From positions 1 to 41,888 of the forward strand of contig CANRAA010000003.1 in the NCBI GenBank assembly GCA_947628485.1: DNA of 41,888 nucleotides, given 5' to 3'. The translations under genes and the position numbers were made by a program. The notes under the pieces are model-generated. The model saw only the letters and a program-made list of their open reading frames with translations. It searched no databases and was not told the origin of the DNA. Shown one piece after another: positions 29,798-40,329 of the stretch (within the stretch, counting starts at the first letter, position 1; each line of letters begins with the position of its first letter). The DNA comes from an uncultured Bacilli bacterium (GTDB lineage Bacteria > Bacillota_I > Bacilli_A > RF39 > UBA660).

Positions 29798-30388
29798 ACT
29801 TTTTAAAGGTCCAAAATTTTTTACTAATCTTCTTCCTTTTCCTAAAGTACGAGCCTCATATTCCATATCTCTTTTAGGACTAACTAGTTCAATATTAAAT
29901 GTTTCACATAAAGTTTCCACCATATTTTTATAAATTTTAACAGCTTCTTCAACATAACCTTCTCTAATTGCATAAATACAAGGAATTAAGAAACTATCAA
30001 GTAATTTTTTGGAATAATCATAACTATTTTCCATATTCTTTAAATGATTACTTATTTCAGGACCAACTATATCATATTGTAAAAGTAAATTAGTATATTT
30101 AAAATCACATTTTAAAATGTTTTCTCTAAATAATCTTAAAATACTTAATATTTCACAATCATCACTATAACCTAAAATATCACATATCATCGTAGTTATA
30201 TAGCAGCCAGTTGGTTTAAATTCACTACTACTGGAAGTTGATTTAACCTCTTCTCTTGAATGATCTTTACAACTATCAGTTGGACATTTCCAACTACCAT
30301 TATTTTTACATTTATGCATATTAGAATTCATATAATATGTACTGTTTCGGTCGTACCAATCACAATTTGAACAACATAATGTTGCCAT
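29792..30388 (-). CDS. CFI-box-CTERM-like domain protein with Cys-rich N-terminus
   Basis: GCYITT...DDCEIL..LR.FRE..L...Y..VGP.I; N-terminal CCSNC..C..C..C. Confidence 0.65.
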   Translation of the reverse strand: MATLCCSNCDWYDRNSTYYMNSNMHKCKNNGSWKCPTDSCKDHSREEVKSTSSSSEFKPTGCYITTMICDILGYSDDCEILSILRLFRENILKCDFKYTNLLLQYDIVGPEISNHLKNMENSYDYSKKLLDSFLIPCIYAIREGYVEEAVKIYKNMVETLCETFNIELVSPKRDMEYEARTLGKGRRLVKNFGPLKSA

Positions 30389-30472
30389 AATAATATCCCC
30401 TTTCAAAAGCGATATATATTATACAATGTTTTTCTTTTTTGTCAAGTATGGTATAATAAGATTGGTGATAGT

Positions 30473-31393
30473 ATGAACGAAGAAATTCTTTCTTTAATTG
30501 ATGTCTATGGCGAAAATTTAACTGAAAAAGAATATATAACAGATCCGGCCATAGCAAGAGATAACGAAATCAAAGAGGCTATTTTAACTTTACTTACGCC
30601 CGAGAAAAGTGCTCTTTTAGTTGGTAAAGCTGGGATTGGTAAAACGGCCATTGTGGAAGGTATTGCTTATCGTATTCAAAAAAATGAAGTACCGGATGCC
30701 CTTAAGGGTTGGACAGTTATTAAAATAAATGTGGCCAGTTTAATTGGAACGACAACCAATGAAAAAGATACTCAAAGTAAACTTGATGCAATAATAAGGG
30801 AAATAGTCGCTCGGGAAAAAACCATTCTTTTTATTGATGAAACCCATCTCCTTGTTAATAGAAGTGGCGGTATTGACTTTGCTAACCTTTTAAAACCGAG
30901 TTTAGATAGAGGTTTAATTAAAATGATCGGGGCCACTACCCAAGAAGAATATGAAACTTATATTTTAAGAGATAGAGCTTTCTTAAGAAGATTTCAAAAG
31001 ATTGAAGTTAAAGAAACCGATAAACCAACTACAGTTAAAATACTTATGGGTACTATTCCAAAGCTAGAAAAACAAATTGGGGTAAAAATTAACTACAAAC
31101 CATTTCAAATTGAAAAATTTATGAAATTTATTGTCGAAATGACTGATGAATATAAAAGAGTATATGAAATTTCCAGTAGATATCCTGATATTTGTTTAAC
31201 AATTGTGGCTAATGCCTTTACTTTTGCTTTATATGATAATGAAAAGACAGTTACAACCAAACATTTTTATAAAGCTATTTGTAATTGTAAAAGTGTTTAT
31301 CCGGATGTTTTACAAAAAGAAATTCCGCGGTTTGTTCAAGAATTTAGTGAATTTATTCGCGCTGAAAATGTTAATTTAAATGATAAGGGCTAG
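30473..31393 (+). CDS. Stand-alone ClpA/B-type AAA-1 (D1) ATPase domain protein
   Basis: [58 protein letters not shown]. Confidence 0.85.
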   Translation: MNEEILSLIDVYGENLTEKEYITDPAIARDNEIKEAILTLLTPEKSALLVGKAGIGKTAIVEGIAYRIQKNEVPDALKGWTVIKINVASLIGTTTNEKDTQSKLDAIIREIVAREKTILFIDETHLLVNRSGGIDFANLLKPSLDRGLIKMIGATTQEEYETYILRDRAFLRRFQKIEVKETDKPTTVKILMGTIPKLEKQIGVKINYKPFQIEKFMKFIVEMTDEYKRVYEISSRYPDICLTIVANAFTFALYDNEKTVTTKHFYKAICNCKSVYPDVLQKEIPRFVQEFSEFIRAENVNLNDKG

Positions 31394-31409
31394 AAAATAG
31401 CCTTTTTTT
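31386..31409 (+). terminator. Intrinsic terminator
   Basis: AAGGGCTA/TAGCCTTT followed by a T run. Confidence 0.55.
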
Positions 31410-31451
31410 CTTGCCTTTTTATATAATCTTTGGTATTATTTTAATTGTCAT

Positions 31452-31528
31452 GGCGGTCTTGGTGAAGTGGTTAACACGCCGGATTGTGGCTCCGGTATGC
31501 AAGGGTTCGATTCCCTTAGACCGCCCCA
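31452..31528 (+). tRNA. tRNA-His (GTG)
   Basis: G-1 plus acceptor GCGGTCT/AGACCGC, anticodon stem CCGGA-TTGTGGC-TCCGG, GTTCGATT T-loop, encoded CCA. Confidence 0.97.
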
Positions 31529-31538
31529 TTAGGGTAAT

Positions 31539-31562
31539 AACACACTATAAAGGTGTGTTTTT
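31539..31562 (+). terminator. Terminator after tRNA-His
   Basis: AACACAC/GTGTGTT followed by Ts. Confidence 0.65.
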
Positions 31563-31606
31563 ATATATACAAAAAAACAGACAATGTCTGTTAATTTCAA
31601 GTTTTA

Positions 31607-31843
31607 TCAATTCAAAGTTCTTTTTTTAACTAATTCTTTATCTTTTATCTTTTCTAAGAAATGTTCCTGAGCATCTTGTAAACTCCATTTTCCATTATCA
31701 TTACAAAGTTCTCTTGGTCTAATTTCTTCGGGATTTTTAAAAGAATTGATATATTTAGATTGTTTCCTTTGAGGATGTTCCTTATGTTCATTTAAATTAC
31801 TATAAGCATCACTAATTAAAACACCATGGGGAGTTATTCCCAT
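31607..31843 (-). CDS. Small hypothetical protein
   Basis: 78-aa ORF with AGAAGTGA RBS-like sequence. Confidence 0.5.
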   Translation of the reverse strand: MGITPHGVLISDAYSNLNEHKEHPQRKQSKYINSFKNPEEIRPRELCNDNGKWSLQDAQEHFLEKIKDKELVKKRTLN

Positions 31844-31906
31844 AATATCACTTCTTTCTAATTAATTATTTTAGCATAAAGAAATATCTAAATAAAGATA
31901 TTTTTC

Positions 31907-33316
31907 TTAATCAAAGAAATCTTCCCAAGGATCTTTTCTTTTTAATCTTTTTATAGCCATATCGATGGTTACTTCATTAGGTTTAATTTTATCGAGTTCG
32001 CTCCAAGATATCGGCATCGAAACACGACATTTTTTTCTTAATCTAATGGAGTAAGGGGCAACACTTGTGGATGATCTTGTGTTTCTAATCCAATCAATAA
32101 ATATTTTGCCTTTTCTTTTATTTTTTCTTATGTTACTGGTATATTTATCGGGCCAAGTCTTTTCCATTAAAAGGGCAATATTTTTGGCTGTTTTTCGAAA
32201 TTCTTCCCAACTTAATTTCATCTTTAGGGGTACCAAGATATGATAACCTTTACCGCCACTAGTCTTAAGATAGGATTTTAAATCTAACTTATCTAAAATA
32301 CTCTTTAAATCTTTAACACCTTCTCTAAGTTTTTTAATACTTAATTTTTCATCAGGATCTAAATCAAAAACCATAATATCAGGTTTTTCTAAAGATTTAA
32401 TTGTACTTTCCCAAATGTGAAATTCATAACTATTTCTTTGAACTTCAGATATTAAGCCTTCAACATTTTTAATGTAGTAGTAGTCTTCTTTTTCCTTTTC
32501 GCTATCTAAAATAATTTTACCGATGCCTTTATTGTTATTTTCAAAATGTTTTTGAAAAAAGATATCACCTCCATAACCATCAGGGCATCTTATCGTACTC
32601 GTAATACGGTTATTGAGGTATGGTAACATTCTCTTAGCTACTTTATGATAGTACTTAACAATATCCATCTTGGTAACTTTGGGATTTTTAAAAATAACTT
32701 TACTCGGACTAGATATTTCAATATTATCCACAATATTTTCTTTTAAATTGGTCTTGGTTTTAATAATGTTATCTGCTATTTCTTGCATAGTCCGGTTAGT
32801 TTTAATACTTTTATTTAGTTTGGTAATATCTTTATATTCTAAATAATTGTCTTTTTCTTTAATTAAAAGCCAAGATTCACTATCATTAGGAAGTTTAATT
32901 AAAGTCCATTTTCCTTTTAATCTTTTACCATAAAGGATAAATTTAAACATTTTAATCTTAAAATTTTTATTTATTTTAGTAATGGGTTCCCAAAAGCCTT
33001 CATCCCAAAGCATGACAGTGCCACCCCCATATTCACCTTTCGGAATAGTTCCTTCAAAATTACGATAACTTAAAGGATGATCTTCCACCATAATGGCTAA
33101 CCTTTTATCTTTAGGGTTATATGATGGCCCTTTCGGAACAGCCCAACTTTTTAAAGTACCTTCCCATTCTAACCGAAAATCATAATGATCTTTCCTGGCC
33201 AGATGATGTTGGACAACAAATCTTAATTTTTTATCTTTTTTGTTTTCTACTTTCCCTTTAGGTTCTTTCGTTTTCTTAAAATCTCTTTTTGCATTATATT
33301 TATCTAAATTTGCCAT
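31907..33316 (-). CDS. ligD: LigD-like 3'-phosphoesterase plus primase-polymerase fusion without a ligase domain
   Basis: YNAKRDFKKT.EP, FVVQHH.A...HYDFRLE, SWAVPKGP, EDHP; then RCPDG, FFQKH, VFDLDP, KTSGGKGYH, IFIDW.RN, APYS.R. Confidence 0.85.
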   Translation of the reverse strand: MANLDKYNAKRDFKKTKEPKGKVENKKDKKLRFVVQHHLARKDHYDFRLEWEGTLKSWAVPKGPSYNPKDKRLAIMVEDHPLSYRNFEGTIPKGEYGGGTVMLWDEGFWEPITKINKNFKIKMFKFILYGKRLKGKWTLIKLPNDSESWLLIKEKDNYLEYKDITKLNKSIKTNRTMQEIADNIIKTKTNLKENIVDNIEISSPSKVIFKNPKVTKMDIVKYYHKVAKRMLPYLNNRITSTIRCPDGYGGDIFFQKHFENNNKGIGKIILDSEKEKEDYYYIKNVEGLISEVQRNSYEFHIWESTIKSLEKPDIMVFDLDPDEKLSIKKLREGVKDLKSILDKLDLKSYLKTSGGKGYHILVPLKMKLSWEEFRKTAKNIALLMEKTWPDKYTSNIRKNKRKGKIFIDWIRNTRSSTSVAPYSIRLRKKCRVSMPISWSELDKIKPNEVTIDMAIKRLKRKDPWEDFFD

Positions 33317-33498
33317 AACATCCCTCATTTTTATTTTGATTTAATATTAAAAAATTATACTAGAGATAAAATATGTGTTATAATGGGATCACATCTTATA
33401 AATAGTAATAGTGTTTGGCAGTTTTTTTGTTAGTATTATTTTAAAAGCAAAAAAAATATGCTATACTTATTGTAGTAAGAAAAGTAAGGAAAAATTAG

Positions 33499-33645
33499 AT
33501 GGCCAAAAATAATTATTTGTTAGTTTCAGCAAAGTTAACATCAATAAGGCAAATTATTATTCCAAAGATTGTTCGAGAAACATTAAATATAGAAGAAGGA
33601 GATTCTGTGACTTTTTATACAATAGGAAAGTTATACAAAAAGTGA
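33499..33645 (+). CDS. Short AbrB/MazE/SpoVT family DNA-binding protein (not in ORF track)
   Basis: Own translation: MAKNNYLLVSAKLTSIRQIIIPKIVRETLNIEEGDSVTF..; AAGGA RBS. Confidence 0.7.
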   Translation: MAKNNYLLVSAKLTSIRQIIIPKIVRETLNIEEGDSVTFYTIGKLYKK

Positions 33646-33702
33646 AAATTATGTGTTGACATTCATTTGTTCGTATAGGATGATTATATTATCCAGGAGG
33701 TA

Positions 33703-34050
33703 ATGGTTGTGTTAGTAAATCGAGCTTATAAATTTAGAATGTATCCAAACGTTGAACAAATAGAATTAATAAATAAAACTATAGGTTGTGCAAGACTTGT
33801 ATATAATATAATGCTAAGTAAGAAAAAAGATAATTCTAAACTTAGTAAGTTAGATATGATAAAAGAAATACCAAATCTATATAATGAATATCCCTATGTG
33901 TCGAAGAAGAAATTCCTTATGTAAAATCTAATACAACATCTGTAATAGGAATAGATATGGGATAAAGTTTAATAACAATAAGTGAAGGAATAAGTTATGG
34001 TAATCCCAATTATTTAAAAAAATATGGAAAGAAGATAAAAGTTAGTTAAT
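33703..34050 (+). pseudogene. tnpB: Internally deleted IS200/IS605 TnpB remnant
   Basis: RAYKFRMYPN.EQ..LINKTIGCARLVYN N-terminus; another frame gives VIGIDMG*...SEG..Y.NPNYLKKY (RuvC-I region). Confidence 0.8.
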
Positions 34051-34141
34051 TAAATTTTATGAAAATTTATTATTAGGAAAAAATAATAATTTGCATTCAC
34101 AAGATTTAAATGTTAAAGATTTATTTAGGAGTGAAAGTAAT

Positions 34142-35590
34142 ATGGAAAAGATAATAAAAAATAAAATAGATGCTATTTGGTTAGATTTTGCAAATGGGGG
34201 AATGACAGATCCATTATCAGTAATAAAACAAATGACTTATTTGTTATTTATAAAAGGACTAGATGAAGTTGAAACAAATAATGAGCAAACAGAACAATTA
34301 TTAGGAGTTAAATTTAACAGAATATTTGATGAGAAACATCAGGATTGTAGATGGAGTAAATTTAAAAATTTATCTGCTACAGAAATGTTTAATTTGATGT
34401 CAACTAAGATATTTCCTTTTATAAAAAATATGAAAACTGGTAAAAATTCTTCATTTTCTAAATATATGGAAAAAGCCATGTTTATGGTTCCTAGTGCATT
34501 AGTATTGGAAAAAGTTGTTACCAAATTGGATTCAATACCAATGAAAGATAGAGATACAAAAGGGGATATTTATGAGTATTTACTTTCTAAGTTATCAACT
34601 GCTGGAAGAAATGGTCAATTTAGGACACCAAGACACATTATAAAAATGATGGTTGAATTAGTTAAACCAACTCCAAATGATATTATATGCGATCCGGCAT
34701 GTGGTACAGGTGGCTTTTTATTAGAAGCAAGTGAATATTTAAGAAAAAATCATTCTGAATTATTTAATAGTAATAGTCAAAAACATCATTTTAATAATGA
34801 TATGTTTTATGGCTTTGACACGGATGATACAATGTTAAGTATTAGTGCTATGAATATGATTATGCATGGTATTGATAATCCCAATATTGAATATAAAGAT
34901 TCTGCATCAGTAGAAAATACAGATACAGATAAATATTCATTAATATTAGCCAATCCTCCATTTAAAGGATCTATTGATGAATCAACAATTTCCCCTTCTT
35001 TGTCTAAGATATGTAATACCAAGAAAACGGAATTATTATTCTTAGCGCTATTTATTAGATCATTAAAAATTGGTGGTAGATGTGCTTGTATTGTTCCAGA
35101 CGGTGTATTATTTGGGAGTAGTAATGCTCATAAAGCAATTCGAAAAGAAATAATAGAAAATAATAAGTTAGAGGCAATTATTTCTATGCCGAGTGGAGTA
35201 TTTGCGCCATATGCTGGTGTTCAAACAGCTGTTATGATATTTACTAAAACAACAACAGGGGGAACAGATAAAGTCTGGTTTTATGATATGACTGCAGATG
35301 GTTATAGTTTGGATGCTAAACGAATACCTATAAAAAATAATGATATTCCAGATATAATAGAAAGATATAATAATCTTGAAAAAGAAAATGATAGATCTAG
35401 AACTGATAAATCTTTCTTTGTTTCTAAAGAAGAAATTGTTAACAACAATTATTATTTATCAATAAATAAGTATAAAGAAATAATCCAAGAAAAAGTAGAA
35501 TACGAAAAACCTAAAGTAATACTTAAGCAAATAATGGATATGGAAGATGAATTTCAAAAGCAACTTAAAGAGTTAAAGGAGTTATTATAA
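34142..35590 (+). CDS. hsdM: Type I R-M methyltransferase subunit
   Basis: GDIYEYLL, GQFRTPRH, DPACGTGGFL, NPPF, VPDGVLFG. Confidence 0.95.
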   Translation: MEKIIKNKIDAIWLDFANGGMTDPLSVIKQMTYLLFIKGLDEVETNNEQTEQLLGVKFNRIFDEKHQDCRWSKFKNLSATEMFNLMSTKIFPFIKNMKTGKNSSFSKYMEKAMFMVPSALVLEKVVTKLDSIPMKDRDTKGDIYEYLLSKLSTAGRNGQFRTPRHIIKMMVELVKPTPNDIICDPACGTGGFLLEASEYLRKNHSELFNSNSQKHHFNNDMFYGFDTDDTMLSISAMNMIMHGIDNPNIEYKDSASVENTDTDKYSLILANPPFKGSIDESTISPSLSKICNTKKTELLFLALFIRSLKIGGRCACIVPDGVLFGSSNAHKAIRKEIIENNKLEAIISMPSGVFAPYAGVQTAVMIFTKTTTGGTDKVWFYDMTADGYSLDAKRIPIKNNDIPDIIERYNNLEKENDRSRTDKSFFVSKEEIVNNNYYLSINKYKEIIQEKVEYEKPKVILKQIMDMEDEFQKQLKELKELL

Positions 35591-36780
35591 TGTCAAAAGT
35601 AGAAAAAGCAATAAGTGATTATCTATTTTTTCAGGAAGGACCTGGTATAAGAAATTATCAATACACTACTGAAGGAATTAAACTACTTAACGTTTCTAAT
35701 TTAACAAATGGAAATATAGATTTAAGTAACTCAAATAGATATATTTCTTTTAAAGATGGAAATGGTAAATATAAACATTTTTTGTGTGATGAAGGTGATT
35801 TAGTAATTGCAAGTTCGGGAATAAAAGTAGATTATTTTGATAAAAAAATGGGATTTATAAAAAAGGAAATGCTTCCATTATGTATGAATACTAGTACAAT
35901 TAGATTTAAATCATTAGACTCATCAGTCCTTAATTTAAAGTATTTTATGTATTATTTAAAAAGTAATCATTTTAAAAATCAGTTAAGACATAATATAACT
36001 GGTTCAGCCCAATTGAATTTTGGACCATCACATTTAAAAAAAATGAATTTTATTTATTATGATATAAAACGTCAAAAAGAAATAGTAAAAAAATTGGAAT
36101 GTATTAATAATTTGATTGAAATAAAGAAAAAACAAATAACTAAATTTGAAGAATTAATCAAATCCCAGTTTGTTGAGATGTTTGGTAATGAAAAAAAGTA
36201 TCCTAAAGAAGAATTAAAAGATAATATAGTAGAAATGTTTATTGGTCCTTTTGGAAGCGCTTTAAAAAATGAATTTTTTGTTTCAGAGAAAAATAAATCT
36301 TGCGTTGTGTATGAACAAAAACATGCTATTAACAAATACATTGGGGATTTTAGGTATGTAGATAAACAGAAGCATAATGAATTAAAAAGATTTGAAATAT
36401 TACCTGATGATATTATTGTTAGCTGTAGGGGAACAATAGGAGAAACTTATGTAATACCAAAAAATGCTCCACTTGGAATAATGCATCCCTCTATAATGAA
36501 AATTAGATTAAATAATAATAAGTATAATGCTACATTTTTTAATGAAATAATAAAGCAATATTTAAGTGATAGTTTAAGTCAAACAAATGGTGGAACAATA
36601 AAAATGGGAATTAAGGCATCTGATTTGAAAAAAATAAAATTTATACGACCAGAATTAAAAGAGCAGTTGAAATTTATAGATATTAAAAATAAGATCGATA
36701 AACAAAAATTTGATTTTGAAAAAAGTATGAAAAAATTAGAAGAAATACAGTCGGCATTAATGCAAGAGTACTTTGGATAA
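35590..36780 (+). CDS. hsdS: Type I R-M specificity subunit
   Basis: Two TRDs with conserved helices (LIKSQFVEMFG; LMQEYFG); lies between hsdM and hsdR. Confidence 0.9.
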   Translation: MSKVEKAISDYLFFQEGPGIRNYQYTTEGIKLLNVSNLTNGNIDLSNSNRYISFKDGNGKYKHFLCDEGDLVIASSGIKVDYFDKKMGFIKKEMLPLCMNTSTIRFKSLDSSVLNLKYFMYYLKSNHFKNQLRHNITGSAQLNFGPSHLKKMNFIYYDIKRQKEIVKKLECINNLIEIKKKQITKFEELIKSQFVEMFGNEKKYPKEELKDNIVEMFIGPFGSALKNEFFVSEKNKSCVVYEQKHAINKYIGDFRYVDKQKHNELKRFEILPDDIIVSCRGTIGETYVIPKNAPLGIMHPSIMKIRLNNNKYNATFFNEIIKQYLSDSLSQTNGGTIKMGIKASDLKKIKFIRPELKEQLKFIDIKNKIDKQKFDFEKSMKKLEEIQSALMQEYFG

Positions 36781-36907
36781 AAGTATTCATTTATAATTTA
36801 ATAATTTAGGTTAAATTAAATGAGGAATAGCATAAATTTTGGAATATAGCTAAAAAGTATATTGTATGATAAAATTGTATTGTAGTATTTTATGAGGTGG
36901 GGAAAGT

Positions 36908-39900
36908 ATGATATCAAATTTTGATTTTGTAGAAGATAATAGATTGAAAGATGTAAAAAATGCTTGTATTGTAGCGGAACAAGGATTAAAGGTGACTTCT
37001 ACAGTATGTGTTATAATGTCAAGGAAAGCTTTAGAATTGGGTGTAAAATGGGTATATGGTGTTGATGGAGAATTAACTGTGCCTTATGAGCAAACTTTAG
37101 CAACTTTAATTTATGATAAAAACTTTAAAAATATAATAGATCCCATCTTATTCAAAAAAATTATTTATATTCAAAAGTTAGGTAATCAAGCAGTTCATAG
37201 TAGCAAAAAATAAATAAGCAAGAAGCTGTTTTAGCACTTAAAAATCTTCATGATTTTATATTATGGATAACATATTTGTATTGTGATAAATATATAGAGC
37301 ATGAATTTAATGAAAGTATTATACCAAATCCAGAAAATAATATGTTATATGAAGAAATGCCAAACAATTTGTTAGGGAAACTAAATGAAAATGATAAAAC
37401 AATAGAACAATTACAAAATCAGTATAAGGATTCAAGAAAACAAAATACTATTAGTAGAAAAGAAAAACAAAGTTCAATTCCGTATGATATTAAAGATATT
37501 TCAGAATTTAAGACACGTAAACAATATATTGATTTGGAACTAGAAATAGCAGGATGGGAATTTAATAATAACATAGTTGAAGAAGAGCCTGTAATAGGTA
37601 TGCCTAATGCATCAGGTGATGGATTTGTAGATTATGTTTTAATGGGTGCAAATGGAAAGCCAGTGGGATTGGTCGAAGCAAAAAGAACTTCTAAAGATGC
37701 AAGAGTTGGTCAACAACAAGCAAAAATATATGCTGATTGTTTAGAAAAAAAATATAATCAAAGACCTATTATATTCTTTAGTAATGGATTTGACATTTTT
37801 ATGTGGGATGATTTAAATTATCCTTATAGAAAAGTATCTGGTTTTTATACTCAAGATGAATTACAGATGTTAATTGACAGAAGAACACAAAAAAAAGATT
37901 TAAAACATATTTCAATAGATGAGAATATAACTAATAGAACTTATCAACAAGAAGCAATAAAAGCTTATTGTGATGATTTAAATAATCATCAAAGGAAAGG
38001 GTTATTGGTAATGGCTACTGGAACAGGTAAAACAAGAACTGCAGTATCTATTGTTGATGTTTTAATAAATAATAATTGGATTAAAAATATACTATTTTTA
38101 GCTGATAGAGCTGAATTAGTAAAACAAGCAAAAAGAGCGTTTAATAAATTATTGCCATCTTTATCAACTATTAATTTAGTAAGTGATAAAGACAATGCTG
38201 AAAATGCAAGAATGGTGTTTTCTACGTATCAAACTATGATAAATGCTATTGATGACATAAAAACAAAAGATAACAAAAAGTTATTTACAGTTGGTCATTT
38301 TGATTTAATAATTGTTGATGAAGCTCACAGAAGTATTTATAAAAAATATCAAGCAATATTTGATTATTTTGATGGATATTTATTAGGTTTAACAGCTACG
38401 CCAAGAAGTGATATTGATAAAAATACATATAAAATATTTGAATTGCAAGATAATGTTCCTACATATTCATACGAATATGAAGAAGCTGTTGCAAATGGAT
38501 TTTTAGTTGATTATCATACTATAGAGTGTTCAACAAAATTTATTAGAGAGGGAATTAAGTATAATGAATTATCTGAAGAAGATAAAGAATCCTTTGAAGA
38601 TACATTTGCAAATAGTGAAGATGTAGTAGATACAGTTGAAGCTTCAGCAATAAATAGTTGGTTATTTAATGATGATACAATTGATAAAATATTAAATACA
38701 TTAATGGAGAAAGGACTAAAAGTTGAAAGTAATGATAAACTTGGTAAAACAATTATTTTTGCTAAGAATCATAAGCATGCTGAAGCCATAGAAAAAAGAT
38801 TTAATTTATTATATCCTCAATACAATGGTCATTTTGCTCGAGTAATAGATATACATACAAATTACTATTCATCATTGATAGAAGATTTTTCTGACAGTAC
38901 TAAAATGCCTCAAATAGCGATATCAGTTGATATGTTAGATACGGGAATAGATATTCCTGAAATATTAAATTTAGTATTCTTTAAAGAAGTTAAGTCAAAA
39001 GTTAAATTTTTACAAATGATTGGTAGAGGAACAAGACTTTGTCCTGATTTATTTGGGTTAGGTAAAGATAAAAAAGAATTTTATATATTTGATGCATGTC
39101 AAAACTTTGAGTTTTTTGAACAAAATCCTAAGGGTAAAGAATCAACTGTTGGCATTAGTCTTTCACAATTTATTTTTGAATTAAAAGTTGATATATTAAG
39201 AGAATTAGAAAAAGTAGAATATTTAAATGATGATGAATATATTAATTACAAAAATTTATTATTAGAAGAATTAGTTGATACAGTTAATTCCTTTAATACA
39301 TTAAGATTTGATGTAAGGCAAAGAATAAAATATGTTGAAAAATATAAAGAAGCTGTTAATTGGAATAACTTAACTGATTTAGCAGTTAAAGAAATAAAAG
39401 ATAATTTAACTTCTTTAATAGCTTCTAATGATAATGATGAATCAGCAAAGCAATTTGATAGATTGATGTTAGCTATTGAATTATCAAAAATGCTTAATAT
39501 AAAATATGAAAGAGAAATAAAACAATTAAATCATATTGGTGAGGGATTGACAAGACTTATGAATATTCCTCAAGTTCAAGTTAAGAAAGAAGATATTAAA
39601 AAAATATTAAAAGATAATTATATAGAAAGATCTGATATTATTGAAATTGATCGAATAAGAGATTCATTAAGAGATCTTATTAAATATCTTCCCCAAAAAA
39701 TTAGAAAAGATGTTTATACAGATTTTAATGATTATATAAATATTGTTGAAAAAGATGATAGAAAAATTGAACAAAAAGAATTATCAGATTATAAGAAAAA
39801 AGTTAATTTCTATTTAAAAAATCATGTGGATAATGAAATAATAAATAAAATAAGAAACAACGAAAAAATTAGTCAAGAAGAAATTAATAAACTTCAAGAT

Positions 39901-40257
39901 ATATTATTTAATGATTTAAACTCTAATAAAGAAGAATACAATATGAATTATAATAATGAATCTTTAGTTTTATTAGTAAGAAAAACAGTAGGATTATCCA
40001 AAGAGACCATTGATAAAGAATTTTCTAAGTATATAAATGAGAATGAGCTTAATGTAGAACAAACAAGATTTATAAATTTAATTAAAAATTATATTATGAA
40101 AAATGGTGTAATTGATAAAAAAATATTAAATGAAGATCCATTTACAAATTATGGCAGTATTCTTCAACTATTTGATGGTCAAATTAATTTAATTAAAATT
40201 TTAATTGCTATTATAGATCTTATTAATGTAAATGGTGAATTTAATCAAAACTTTTAA
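36908..40257 (+). pseudogene. hsdR: Type I R-M restriction subunit, frameshifted at A6 (37205-37210)
   Basis: VDYVL..VEAKR, MATGTGKT, DEAHR, TATP, QMIGRGTR; adding one A joins ORF 36908-37213 to ORF 37276-40257. Confidence 0.85.
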
Positions 40258-40267
40258 AATGTGAATT

Positions 40268-40288
40268 AAAGTGCAAATTTTGCACTTT
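40268..40288. promoter_or_regulatory. Palindrome upstream of fic (operator or terminator)
   Basis: AAAGTGCAAA-T-TTTGCACTTT. Confidence 0.5.
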
Positions 40289-40329
40289 TAATTACGATTT
40301 TGTATAATTATAATGGAGATGGTTAGTAT

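Noticed and set aside
31411-31629. 72-aa ORF in the track
   Set aside because: Overlaps tRNA-His and its terminator; spurious
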